Below, one piece after another: positions 39,254-48,942 of a DNA stretch of 60,439 nucleotides (position 1 is the stretch's first letter; every line of letters begins with the position of its first letter). A model generated the notes under the pieces. It saw only the letters and a program-made list of their open reading frames with translations, did no database searches and was not told the DNA's origin. The stretch is taken from NCBI GenBank assembly GCA_022600175.1, contig JAHZKW010000159.1:1-60439 (forward strand). The letters are read 5' to 3'. The position numbers and the translations under genes were made by a program. Origin of the DNA: Campylobacterota bacterium. GTDB taxonomy: Bacteria; Campylobacterota; Campylobacteria; Campylobacterales; QNZT01.

Positions 39254-40194
39254 ATAGAGGCTTGAAAGTAGTCGTGGTATGTTTGATACTACCACTGCTT
39301 TTATCTTCAGATATGGTAACCCGTAATCAAGTGATCATGGGTACAACTGCAACAATCTCTTTAGAAGAGCGTTATCAAAAAGAGATACAACAAGGGTTTC
39401 AACATCTGCATAAAATTGAACGCTCACTCTCTAGTTATGATCCTCATGCTTTAGTCTATCAACTTAACAGCAAAAAAAGTATTGAGCCAGATCGTTATCT
39501 TTTAGATGTTTTAGCGAAAAGTAGACATTTTTATCAGTTAACTGATGGTTATTTTGATATTACAGTGGGTGCCCTTACCAAGGGTTTATACCATTTTGGA
39601 GAGAAAGAGCGTCTACCTAGCTTACAAGCAATGGCGCAGGCAAAAGTAAATTTTTATGGCATTGTAGTTGATAAAAGAGAGATCACGTTGAAAGAGGGGA
39701 TCACGATTGATTTAGGTGGTATTGGTAAAGGATATGGTATCGATCAGGTGGCTGAGGTCTATGATGAAGTAAATATTACAGAAGGTAAGATCTCACTTAG
39801 TGGAGATATACGATGCATCGATCCTTGTCAATTTTTTATACAAGATCCATTTAATGTGCAAGAGAGATATTTTAATATGCAAGCAAAAATCCCTCATCTT
39901 GCAATTTCAACGAGTGGCACGTATGAACGTTATATAAAATCACAAAAAAATCATCACTTAATCAATCCCAAACGTAAAAAACAGGGGCAAGATTTTGTTT
40001 CAGTAACGATCTTTACAGATGGGGATAATACAAAAGCAGATGCTTTAGCCACAGCTGTTTCGGTGATGCCTAAAAAAGAAGCTATAGCATTTTTACAACA
40101 ACAAGGGATTGGCTATATTTTAATTGCACCCAATGCACAAGTAATCTCTGGAAATTTAGAGCGTTTTATAGAGTTTGATGATGAGATAGAGTGA
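39241..40194 (+). CDS. apbE: ApbE-family FAD:protein FMN transferase, exported
   Basis: Signal peptide, then VIMGTTATI and the DLGGIGKGYGIDQ motif typical of ApbE/Ftp. Confidence 0.85.
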   Translation: MYMLNRGLKVVVVCLILPLLLSSDMVTRNQVIMGTTATISLEERYQKEIQQGFQHLHKIERSLSSYDPHALVYQLNSKKSIEPDRYLLDVLAKSRHFYQLTDGYFDITVGALTKGLYHFGEKERLPSLQAMAQAKVNFYGIVVDKREITLKEGITIDLGGIGKGYGIDQVAEVYDEVNITEGKISLSGDIRCIDPCQFFIQDPFNVQERYFNMQAKIPHLAISTSGTYERYIKSQKNHHLINPKRKKQGQDFVSVTIFTDGDNTKADALATAVSVMPKKEAIAFLQQQGIGYILIAPNAQVISGNLERFIEFDDEIE

Positions 40195-40341
40195 AAGTAT
40201 ACAAAGTGTCAATGTTGAGAGTAGTTTTAAAAGGCTAAAGAATACAGTGCTACTGATAAAAAATGAGACAACATTGGAGGTGAGCATCACGATAAAAAGC
40301 AGAAGAGTGTATTTTGATATTTTATATTTGTGTTTGATCAC
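40156..40341 (-). CDS. small two-helix membrane protein
   Basis: 61 aa. GTG start forms a GTGA overlap with the upstream stop. The 3' end overlaps the apbE 3' end by 39 nt on the other strand. Confidence 0.35.
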   Translation of the reverse strand: MIKHKYKISKYTLLLFIVMLTSNVVSFFISSTVFFSLLKLLSTLTLCILSLYLIIKLYKTL

Positions 40342-40565
40342 AGCAAAAAGTGTGTTAATATAAAAAAGATGATACTCATACCAAATAGATGCGGACTTAC
40401 AGTCTCTAAAAGTCCAAAAAAACTTTTTTGCGTATAGTAGGCGGTGGTGCCATCAACTGACCAGTGGGTATGAAGTGTGAACATCCATGCACCGGTAATT
40501 AATAACAAGACAGTTAGCAGTAAAAAGTAGCGAATAACTATGGCAAAGTGTTGTTCTTGAGTCAT
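40338..40565 (-). CDS. small His-containing two-helix membrane protein
   Basis: Start re-set to the ATG at 40565 (MTQEQHF...), which forms an ATGA overlap with the upstream stop. It carries the motif LLETVSPHLF. Confidence 0.5.
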   Translation of the reverse strand: MTQEQHFAIVIRYFLLLTVLLLITGAWMFTLHTHWSVDGTTAYYTQKSFFGLLETVSPHLFGMSIIFFILTHFLL

Positions 40566-41032
40566 CGTGTTAATCCTATAAGTATCATGAGTGCCATGAG
40601 CATTGCTAGTAGATGCCACAGTATACATAGAACAATCCAGAATACAATAAAAGTAACACCCCAGTAATAGCCCATAAGTAGAGTGATATGAGAGAGTATG
40701 GCTGTACTAAAAGAGAAGTGTAGTAATTTATTGAGCACACTTGTCTGTTTTGCTACCGCAACAAAGATTGATGATATGACTAAGAGGGTGAGTAGTGAGA
40801 TGAAAATATCTATATGTACCCGCTCTAATAAAGTATCAAATAAAATTGGATCTATAAAGTTCTCTTCATCACCCATAATTGTTGAGGTGGCTGCTTCCAG
40901 GGTTAATCCAATTTGATAGTGATGTAGTATAAGATCCAAGATCAAAAAGAGAAGTAAAATGGCAGTAACCACCCATACAAGTTTTTTTAATAGTGGATTA
41001 TGATCTAACGTTTTAGTGACTAAAAACTTCAA
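40562..41032 (-). CDS. four-helix His-containing membrane protein
   Basis: 156 aa with about 4 TM helices and several intramembrane His residues. It carries the motif LLERVHIDIF. 4-nt overlap with the FMN-binding gene. Confidence 0.6.
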   Translation of the reverse strand: MKFLVTKTLDHNPLLKKLVWVVTAILLLFLILDLILHHYQIGLTLEAATSTIMGDEENFIDPILFDTLLERVHIDIFISLLTLLVISSIFVAVAKQTSVLNKLLHFSFSTAILSHITLLMGYYWGVTFIVFWIVLCILWHLLAMLMALMILIGLTR

Positions 41033-41544
41033 GGTGCTTTTACCTCAATCACTGCTAACGCAATTCTTGCAGCATCACTTAGTGCTCTTGCTGACATGGT
41101 AGCACCACTGATGGTCGGAATATCTTTCCCACTGATGATCATATCTTTGCCACTTTTCCCCGTAAATACAGCTTGCCATTTTTTGTTAGGTTTGTACTCT
41201 CTTGGTTCTGAGAAAGAGAGGATTTCAATTGATTTTAGTTTTTTACTGTTATCTATCATATATAAAACAGCAGCGTTTTTTGTGCGTATACGTCTTTTTA
41301 GAAGTACGCCATAGCCTACAAGGGTGTTCTCTTTTTTTAGATTATAAAGACGTACAATTTTAGAGTTTAACTTTGCTCTCGCTTTTTGTTGAATAGCTTG
41401 CGCCTCTTTTTTTGTTAAAATGATACTCTTTTTTTCTATAACAAGATCACTAGAAAAGTTTGTTTTTAAGATCTCTTCTACAGAAATATTACCTTTGGCA
41501 AAAAGTGTAGTTGCAAATGCAACTACAAGTAGTAAACCTCTCAT
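41029..41544 (-). CDS. exported FMN-binding-domain protein (flavinylation target)
   Basis: Signal peptide present. The C-terminal DIPTISGATMSARA matches the FMN_bind/ApbE substrate motif (SGAT). Confidence 0.75.
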   Translation of the reverse strand: MRGLLLVVAFATTLFAKGNISVEEILKTNFSSDLVIEKKSIILTKKEAQAIQQKARAKLNSKIVRLYNLKKENTLVGYGVLLKRRIRTKNAAVLYMIDNSKKLKSIEILSFSEPREYKPNKKWQAVFTGKSGKDMIISGKDIPTISGATMSARALSDAARIALAVIEVKAP

Positions 41545-42750
41545 TTATGGCTCCAAAAGATGTTCATAACGTTTATCTGTCAACGTTTTTAAAAATGCTT
41601 CCAGTGCATCTAACTTATCATCTGTAAGCTCAGGCATTGCAAGATCCTCATGATTGATAGTTGTATTAACATCAGTCTGTCTCCATGGTGCATTTGTTTC
41701 TGGATTGAGTGGTCGATCTCCATCACCCATATGATCATAAAACTCTAGTACAGTACGAAGTTCTTTGAAAACACCGTTATGCATATATGGCCCTGTAATA
41801 GCGATATTTCTCAGGGTCGGTACTTTGATTGCACCATCAAGTGCACTATCATTAATCGTACTTTGACTTAGTATACCATGTTCGGTTGTATTCTCATCTA
41901 ATCCTTTGATCGCTAAGATATCAAAGTTTTTAGGTGTTCCGATATTATGGTACTCATAGTTTGAAAAAGTTTCATTTTTAAGACCCTCTAATGACTGTAA
42001 CATATGACAGTTAATACAGTTTGTATTTGCTTCAGAAAAGAATAGGCTCATACCCAGCTCTTCAGGGATTGTCCAATTACCCTCGCTTAAACATACACTG
42101 GTGCGTTTTGTCTCCTTACAGGTTAAAAACCTATCATATTTAGAATCAAACGGTGCAAACTCTTCTGTTTTTTCAAACTTACCAATGGCCTCTCCCATTG
42201 CCTCATAAGAAGCATTGATATCATCAAAAATTCCTACGCCATAGTGTGTTTCAAATGCTATCACATAATCAGGGTTTTCTTTAATTCTATCAATCACAGC
42301 GTCACGACTTGGCATCATCATCTCTGCTTGATCTAGTGGAGGACCCATGGCTTGGTCTTTAAGGGTCGCAGCACGTCCATCATGAAATTGTCCCCCAATA
42401 TATTGTGAGTTATTTACATCAAAATGAAACGAAGGACTAAACATTGCATAAGCTGCTGTAGGAGCATTTCTTCCACCTAGTGCTGCGCCATCATCTCCGA
42501 CTGAGAGAGCCCCATTGACAAAGATACTTTGATCTGCATCTTCTGCTAAAAATCTGGCATCAATAAAGCCATGATCGGGATCATGACAGGTGGCACAGGC
42601 TGTTTGTCTATTGAGTGAAAGATTTGTATCAAAATAGAGACTTTTACCTAACTTCTCTTTTGTATCAAATGTGATACTTTCACTACTACCGCTCCCACAT
42701 GCACTAAAAAGTAGTGCAGTGGTGGTGAGATACATCAATGACTTTTTCAT
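41545..42750 (-). CDS. di-haem cytochrome c peroxidase (CCP/MauG family) lipoprotein
   Basis: Lipobox LFSAC. Haem motifs CATCH and CINCH are present, along with GGQFHDGRAATL and PTLRN blocks. Confidence 0.88.
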   Translation of the reverse strand: MKKSLMYLTTTALLFSACGSGSSESITFDTKEKLGKSLYFDTNLSLNRQTACATCHDPDHGFIDARFLAEDADQSIFVNGALSVGDDGAALGGRNAPTAAYAMFSPSFHFDVNNSQYIGGQFHDGRAATLKDQAMGPPLDQAEMMMPSRDAVIDRIKENPDYVIAFETHYGVGIFDDINASYEAMGEAIGKFEKTEEFAPFDSKYDRFLTCKETKRTSVCLSEGNWTIPEELGMSLFFSEANTNCINCHMLQSLEGLKNETFSNYEYHNIGTPKNFDILAIKGLDENTTEHGILSQSTINDSALDGAIKVPTLRNIAITGPYMHNGVFKELRTVLEFYDHMGDGDRPLNPETNAPWRQTDVNTTINHEDLAMPELTDDKLDALEAFLKTLTDKRYEHLLEP

Positions 42751-42759
42751 GCTATCCTC

Positions 42760-44100
42760 CTAAAAGATAAATCCAGCAGTTGCTGTAAAAACACTCTCAT
42801 CTGCTAATTTTGCATTTGAGGCATAATCTTTGGTGGCAAATTCTGCTTTGATTACCACTTTAGGATCAGGGAAATAGGCAATTCCAGCCGAGTATTCTAC
42901 AAATTTGTAGTTATCACTATATTGGGTTTCATCATCAGCATCAAGGTCAAGTCTCTCTAGATCTAAAACAGCAAAAAGTTTATGAGAAGTTTTATATTGG
43001 TGTAAGATATCGTAGCCTATTGTAAGATATTGACCATTGACACTTCCTGATATTGTTGAATCTTCAGTATTTAACTTTTTATATTCGTCTCCTAATGAAC
43101 CGACCACTGCAAGTGCTTGAATATCAAAACCGTTGTTTTTGTAACTGGCATGGGCTTCAGCCATTGTAATTGAGACATCAGCTTCTAAGGTATTGACAGT
43201 TGCACCTGGTTTATCTTGTGCTAAAACGGAGCTTTGTCCATAGTAGAGTGATCCACCAATATCAAGTCCAGGTTGTATCGTATATGCACCACGCGCCACA
43301 AAAGAGAGGTCATCTGTAAATTGGCGTGCCCCAAGTCTTCCTTGTTGGATAAAACGTCCTTCTGTAAATTTTCCAGCATCAGGCGATGTGACAATACCAA
43401 CGTAGTAGTCTACCTCTTTGATGTTACCATAGAGTAGAGCTCCATTTGTATGCCAAGTAGATGGGATGATATATGTTTCAACCAATGGACGCTCTGCTGT
43501 AAGATAAGAGGTAGGTTCATGGTTTAAGTTGATATTTCCAAATGGGGTGAGGATATGTCCAATACGTAAGTTATAAGCTTCATCAAACAAAAAATCAAGA
43601 TAAGAGAACTCTACGATCACATATTTATAGTTTTTTTCACCGTCACTTCTTGCCCCTCCGTCTTCAAATTCAACTTCTGTGTTCATCACAATCCAGTCAT
43701 TGAATTTGAATCCAAAGTAGGGTACAAAACGGACAACATTAGTCTCTGATGTCTCTCTTGTATCATTATTGACACTATCACTGTAGTTTTTAAAATCAGT
43801 ATACTTTTTATATTTGTAAGAGCCATAACCGCCTAAAGAGACAACAGAGTTTGAGTGGTAGACTTTTGAGGCCGCTTTTCCTAATGCACTGACACTTTCA
43901 TATGGGTCACCGCTAAAAGAGGGGTCTTTTGCATTTTCAATCTCCTCAATCAGTGTTTCGTTATTGGCTTGTTGCTCTTTTTTATAACTTTGAAATTCGC
44001 TTTTAAGGGCTTTGAGTTCTGCTTCAAGTTCTGCATTGCTTGCAGCATAAAGTACCATCTGTGAAGAGAGTACCAAGGATAGCGTGGTTTTTTTGATCAT
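42760..44100 (-). CDS. outer-membrane porin with N-terminal coiled coil (paralogue of 48999-50147)
   Basis: Signal peptide, coiled coil (ELEAELKALKSEFQ), beta-barrel pattern and C-terminal Phe (GFIF). Confidence 0.65.
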   Translation of the reverse strand: MIKKTTLSLVLSSQMVLYAASNAELEAELKALKSEFQSYKKEQQANNETLIEEIENAKDPSFSGDPYESVSALGKAASKVYHSNSVVSLGGYGSYKYKKYTDFKNYSDSVNNDTRETSETNVVRFVPYFGFKFNDWIVMNTEVEFEDGGARSDGEKNYKYVIVEFSYLDFLFDEAYNLRIGHILTPFGNINLNHEPTSYLTAERPLVETYIIPSTWHTNGALLYGNIKEVDYYVGIVTSPDAGKFTEGRFIQQGRLGARQFTDDLSFVARGAYTIQPGLDIGGSLYYGQSSVLAQDKPGATVNTLEADVSITMAEAHASYKNNGFDIQALAVVGSLGDEYKKLNTEDSTISGSVNGQYLTIGYDILHQYKTSHKLFAVLDLERLDLDADDETQYSDNYKFVEYSAGIAYFPDPKVVIKAEFATKDYASNAKLADESVFTATAGFIF

Positions 44101-44984
44101 AATTTTATTCCTTTGATAAATGGGTTTAAAAATAGTCCTAAAAGAGAGTGTGTAATCTGCTCATCTTTGAGTCCAAATGTTAAATTTTCTTTTTTTGTTG
44201 ATGTATGGGTTTTAAATAAAAAATCCCAGATTGCTAAATAGCTTCCATAATTTTTATGGCTATAGGCTTTGGTATGATGAAGTTGATGCTGGTAGGGTGA
44301 AATGATCCATTTTTCTACTTTTGTACCAAAACTCAGTGGTATATGTGAGTGTCTTAAGTTTGCACCTAAGAGTGAAAAGACAAAGACAAAAATATTAACA
44401 CCTAAAATTTCATATAGTGCAATACCTGCTCCAAAAAAGTAGATAAAAATAGCAGTGACCATACCTACACTCACTGCATATCGAAGACCAAAAAGAAGAT
44501 GTTCTATAGGGTGAATACGGTAATAGGTCAAAGGGTTAAGTACTTCAGCACTATGGTGAACTCTATGAAAACGCCATAAAATAGGTACTGTATGCATGAG
44601 TCTATGTAACCAATAACGGGTAAAGTCATTGACAATAAAAAGGGCACATGAATATCCTAGTACTAACCATAGTTTATCAACTCTAATCCGCTCCATATAA
44701 CCAAAGTAGTGTTGAAGTTGCATTACCGTCCAATAAGCAACATCACTAACACCAATGAGTAGTGGAATGAGTAATGTCATTTTAATTACTGTAGAGATCA
44801 TGAAATAGAGATAGTCTAATTGTGCTGATTTATGCCATAGGATTTTTTTTGAAAATTGTCTCTTTAAAATAGCAGGTGTGTGCCAAAAGAAGAGAAGTGC
44901 TAACACCAATGCACTCAACATATAGCCTATATAGATACGCTGATCTGCATCGATAAAGTAGTTAAACCCTAGTAATTCAGCCAT
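44097..44984 (-). CDS. membrane fatty-acid hydroxylase / sterol-desaturase superfamily di-iron enzyme
   Basis: His boxes HRLMH, HRVHH and HQLHH in a polytopic protein. Confidence 0.8.
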   Translation of the reverse strand: MAELLGFNYFIDADQRIYIGYMLSALVLALLFFWHTPAILKRQFSKKILWHKSAQLDYLYFMISTVIKMTLLIPLLIGVSDVAYWTVMQLQHYFGYMERIRVDKLWLVLGYSCALFIVNDFTRYWLHRLMHTVPILWRFHRVHHSAEVLNPLTYYRIHPIEHLLFGLRYAVSVGMVTAIFIYFFGAGIALYEILGVNIFVFVFSLLGANLRHSHIPLSFGTKVEKWIISPYQHQLHHTKAYSHKNYGSYLAIWDFLFKTHTSTKKENLTFGLKDEQITHSLLGLFLNPFIKGIKL

Positions 44985-46084
44985 TAGTCACCATCTGCCT
45001 CAATGATTTTAGAGGTAATGTTTAAAGCATTGATCAATGATAGATAGTAGCCATTGTGTAAATTGACTAAAGCCAAATAGAGCTCATGGATCTTTTCATC
45101 ACTCACACTCTCTTCAAGCGTTTTGTCAAAACTATCTACAAGGGTTTGTGCAGCATTGATGTAGCCGATCACCTCTTGTAACTCTTTACTTGCACTGTTT
45201 GCGTTGGCAAAATCAGAGAAATTACTAAAGCTTTGTGGTTTCATAAGCTTTGCATGTGTCTCTAAAATTGCTTTGATACCTTCTAATGAGGCACGACTTC
45301 TATAGTACTCTAGACGTTTTTGATTGGATTGATTTTTATACTTGACTGTTAAACCAGCAGCATCTCCAACACGCCACTCCTTGAGTTTATAAGAGCTATC
45401 TATGAGTATATTCATTAAGGAGTCTGATGCTTCTTGTACATCTGCTTTGAATGTTGTATCATTTTGATAGAAAGTTAGAATGGGTGTTGTTCTTTTGATA
45501 AGGTTATCTATCACTAATCCAATGGCTTGGATGCGTCGCTTATTACTCTTTTGCATCTCAACAAGCAGTGCTTCATTGGTCTCTGCTTCACCAAAAAGAA
45601 GATACTCTAATGCAGTAAAACCTTTAGTTGAGTTTTTATAGAGTAGTCCTGCTAAATCAGCTTCTTTAGCCAAGATATTATCTAAGAGTGTTGCAACACT
45701 CTCATTTCCGATATGAAAATGATCAATCAATATCACCAAATCTATAAGCTCTTTATCAAAATCAGCCGCAATAAATGCAGTTTGTACATTTTTCCAGCTA
45801 AAAGCAGACGTTTTAAAATTCTCTTGAATAAGAGCTAGTTGGTTGAGTGTGGTATTGGTTTCAAATGTGCTAACACTTGTTTTTAATGTTTGTAGTGATT
45901 GTTGTAATTTTTCTGCATCAGGAATGAGGATATTCTCTTGGATAGAGGTAAAGGCATCTGTCGTGGTTTGTGCTTTTGCACTGATAAGACCCTCTTCACC
46001 ATCATAGGCATTCTCTCCTCCACAAGCTGCAAAAAATAGAATTAGTATACCTCCAATGAGAGGCATCAATAGTTTTTTGAACAC
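44984..46084 (-). CDS. imelysin-like (Peptidase_M75 fold) lipoprotein, second copy
   Basis: Lipobox FFAAC. The motif GFTALEYLLFGE is typical of the imelysin family. Confidence 0.75.
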   Translation of the reverse strand: MFKKLLMPLIGGILILFFAACGGENAYDGEEGLISAKAQTTTDAFTSIQENILIPDAEKLQQSLQTLKTSVSTFETNTTLNQLALIQENFKTSAFSWKNVQTAFIAADFDKELIDLVILIDHFHIGNESVATLLDNILAKEADLAGLLYKNSTKGFTALEYLLFGEAETNEALLVEMQKSNKRRIQAIGLVIDNLIKRTTPILTFYQNDTTFKADVQEASDSLMNILIDSSYKLKEWRVGDAAGLTVKYKNQSNQKRLEYYRSRASLEGIKAILETHAKLMKPQSFSNFSDFANANSASKELQEVIGYINAAQTLVDSFDKTLEESVSDEKIHELYLALVNLHNGYYLSLINALNITSKIIEADGD

Positions 46085-46093
46085 ATGTTTCCT

Positions 46094-47449
46094 TTATAGT
46101 GAGTGCAAGAATTGTAAAACTTGCGCTCTTGATTTTTTATCTAATGCCATAAAAGCATTTTTTGATTTTTGGGCTTCGCCTCCATGCCAAAGAATTGCTT
46201 CTTCAATAGTTCGTGCACGTCCATCATGCAGATAGTTTGCTTCACCACTAACTGTTTTATAAAGACCGATTCCCCATAATGGTGCAGTTCTCCACTCTCT
46301 GCCATCTGCTAAAAACTCACTACGTCCATCTGCTAAACCTTCTCCCATATCATGAACCAATAGATCCGTAAATGGATGAATAGTTTCGCCATTTACTGTT
46401 TTATGTGTAGTGACATGACAAGCTGTACAGTTGAGCGTTTTGAAGAGTTTTGCACCTTTGGTATGTTGCTTAGGGTTTCGTTGGTTTGGTACACTAAGGT
46501 TTGATACATAATAAGTTATAGCGTCAAGTCTATTACCTGGTAAGTCAAAAGTATGTTTCCCTTTGGGTGCTTTTAAACAGGCCTCTTGTTTTTCACTGCA
46601 GTTGTCTGAAGGAAAGAGAGGGTTACTTAACCCCATATCGTTATGGGCAGCAGCTGCAGATTGCACTTTAACCGTGGATGCAGATGCTTTCCATGTAAAA
46701 CGTCCTAAAGTTGTTTTGTTTGTCTCTGGTGAATAGACAAGATTTGCTTTGCCTGAGATACCATCATGGTTACTATCATTGATATCTTCTAAGTTAAGAA
46801 TATCCTTTTGAGGGATATCCTCTAAAAGCCCTAATCCAATGAGTGGCGTACCGATACGTGGCGCAAAGATAGTCTCTTTGTCAAATGCTCCATAAACCTT
46901 TTTGGTAATAGTGTAGTGTGGTTTACGTAAACTATAAGTGGTGCCATCAGGATAAGTACCATCAATAGTATTATAAGTGAGGGATACTTTTCCTTCATAA
47001 GGGACACTATGGTTACCATTGAGACTAAGTTGTGCCCCATACATTGAGTCAGGTTCAAAACCTATTGTTTTTACCTTTTGCATATCTTTTGGGTTTTTAT
47101 GTGAAAGTCTTAGTAGATGTGATCTTGTCATGGTGCCGTTTTTTGTTACTGCCACGCCCGCACCATTGTTGGGATGACAGGTGATACATGTGTTGGCATT
47201 AAAGAGAGGTCCTAATCCATCTCGTGCTGTGGTTGCAGAGGGGGCCTCTACCCATGGTACACGAAAAAAACTTTTGCCTAAAATAAACATATCTTCTTCA
47301 TCATGTGTCATAGATTTGGGAGGGACGGAGAAGGATTTTTTGCAAGATTTATTTGTACTTAGAGTGCCGCCGAGTTTGCCATATTGATAATTTGAGGTAC
47401 TATTTCCAGTAACCGTAAAGGCTACCAGAAATATCAGTATATTTTTCAT
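46094..47449 (-). CDS. DUF1111 di-haem oxidoreductase (peroxidase-like)
   Basis: Haem motifs CITCH and CTACH. Its position between two imelysin genes matches the described imelysin/DUF1111 cluster. Confidence 0.8.
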   Translation of the reverse strand: MKNILIFLVAFTVTGNSTSNYQYGKLGGTLSTNKSCKKSFSVPPKSMTHDEEDMFILGKSFFRVPWVEAPSATTARDGLGPLFNANTCITCHPNNGAGVAVTKNGTMTRSHLLRLSHKNPKDMQKVKTIGFEPDSMYGAQLSLNGNHSVPYEGKVSLTYNTIDGTYPDGTTYSLRKPHYTITKKVYGAFDKETIFAPRIGTPLIGLGLLEDIPQKDILNLEDINDSNHDGISGKANLVYSPETNKTTLGRFTWKASASTVKVQSAAAAHNDMGLSNPLFPSDNCSEKQEACLKAPKGKHTFDLPGNRLDAITYYVSNLSVPNQRNPKQHTKGAKLFKTLNCTACHVTTHKTVNGETIHPFTDLLVHDMGEGLADGRSEFLADGREWRTAPLWGIGLYKTVSGEANYLHDGRARTIEEAILWHGGEAQKSKNAFMALDKKSRAQVLQFLHSL

Positions 47450-47451
47450 CT

Positions 47452-48882
47452 TTATTCAAGGTTACTGACATCAGTTTCATCTTCATCTGTGACATCTGCT
47501 GTTGTCATAGAGATACCAAACTCAGATGCAATTTTTACGATTTCATCACCTAAATCACGCATATCGTTTTTTGCATCTCTTACATTACTTCTGTTCACAC
47601 TATCAGCTTTAATTTGATAGTCAAAGTGTTCACCACCTGTTGCTTTTGCTGCTGCATCGATTTTTGCAACTTTTGTATCAATTGAGGTGATAAGTTCATC
47701 AATTTTAGCTTTTTCATCACTACTTAAAAGTGCATAAACACTGTTCCCATAGTCTGTACCATTATAGGTTCCCTTAAGTACGTTTGTAAAACCTTTATAG
47801 TTTAAGTCAATATCTCTATGTGTATTATCACTAAAGCATGAGTGTTCATCCTCTTCACTTGGTGTCAATACTGCGATTGCAATTCTCTCATTTGCTAATT
47901 CAGATTTGATAAACATACCCATTCCTGCAAAAATATCTTTGAGTGCTGTTGTTTGTGCAATATTCTTATCTGCATCTGTACCTGTTAATTCACCTAAAAG
48001 TGCTTTTCTATATTTACCTTTATCTCCATCAAGATCTTTGTTCCAAGCATCTCTTACAACGATAAGATCATCAACAAGTTTGGTTGCTGCTGCATTTAAG
48101 TACGCCTTTCTTCTTTCACTTTCAGTATTATCATCTGTATAATCTGATAAAGATCTTTCACCTGCCTTTTGCGCACCATGAGTAATGTTATCTGCACCTG
48201 GTGTTTCATAATCTTGATCTTGTCCCCAAAGTAAAAACTCGATCGCATGGTATCCTGTTGCAACATTGGCTTCACCACCATTTTCGTTGAGTGCTGTCAG
48301 TGTTGCAACATTGATCGTTGCAATATTGATCTCAGTTGCATTTTCATCACTATCAGTAGATGTATCCGGTGTGAATAATCCTGTTGAGTCGATGATGTTT
48401 CCAGTTGTTCTCTCTCCTTGATCATCAATTGTATAATCGATCATGTTTTCATCTAGTGGCCATGCATTGATCTGTCCCTCAAGTGCACCATAAGCCTCTT
48501 CAACCCAATTTCCCTCTGCATCAACTGGTCCATTTGAGAGTCTAAAGATTTCAGTTTGACCATAAGATTCACGAGAAGTAAGCCATGCATCTTTTGCTGC
48601 TTGTAGTGTTGTTTCTGTTGGTGTTGTTGTAAATGCTTCAAGTGCGGTTTTGAGTGCTTGTGCATCTGTGATTGAGTCTGTGTAAGCATCAAGTGCAATG
48701 TTTGAGTAGCTCTCTAAAACACTTTTAATTGTTTTTGTTTGTGCGGTTGCGTTCATATCTTTTACCATGGTAAAAGTTTCTGTAGCTGTTGTAGTGTCAT
48801 TGTTACTACTGCCACATCCGACCATTGATAGTGAAAGTGCTGCCGCTAATGACAAAGCACCTAATTGATTTCTGATTTTCAT
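47452..48882 (-). CDS. imelysin-like iron-regulated protein A type lipoprotein
   Basis: Lipobox MVGC. It carries the motif GYHAIEFLLWGQD. Confidence 0.8.
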   Translation of the reverse strand: MKIRNQLGALSLAAALSLSMVGCGSSNNDTTTATETFTMVKDMNATAQTKTIKSVLESYSNIALDAYTDSITDAQALKTALEAFTTTPTETTLQAAKDAWLTSRESYGQTEIFRLSNGPVDAEGNWVEEAYGALEGQINAWPLDENMIDYTIDDQGERTTGNIIDSTGLFTPDTSTDSDENATEINIATINVATLTALNENGGEANVATGYHAIEFLLWGQDQDYETPGADNITHGAQKAGERSLSDYTDDNTESERRKAYLNAAATKLVDDLIVVRDAWNKDLDGDKGKYRKALLGELTGTDADKNIAQTTALKDIFAGMGMFIKSELANERIAIAVLTPSEEDEHSCFSDNTHRDIDLNYKGFTNVLKGTYNGTDYGNSVYALLSSDEKAKIDELITSIDTKVAKIDAAAKATGGEHFDYQIKADSVNRSNVRDAKNDMRDLGDEIVKIASEFGISMTTADVTDEDETDVSNLE

Positions 48883-48942
48883 CTCTTCTCCTATTTAATA
48901 TTGATATTAGATTTCAAAATTATATTAACCAAACCTTATTCG

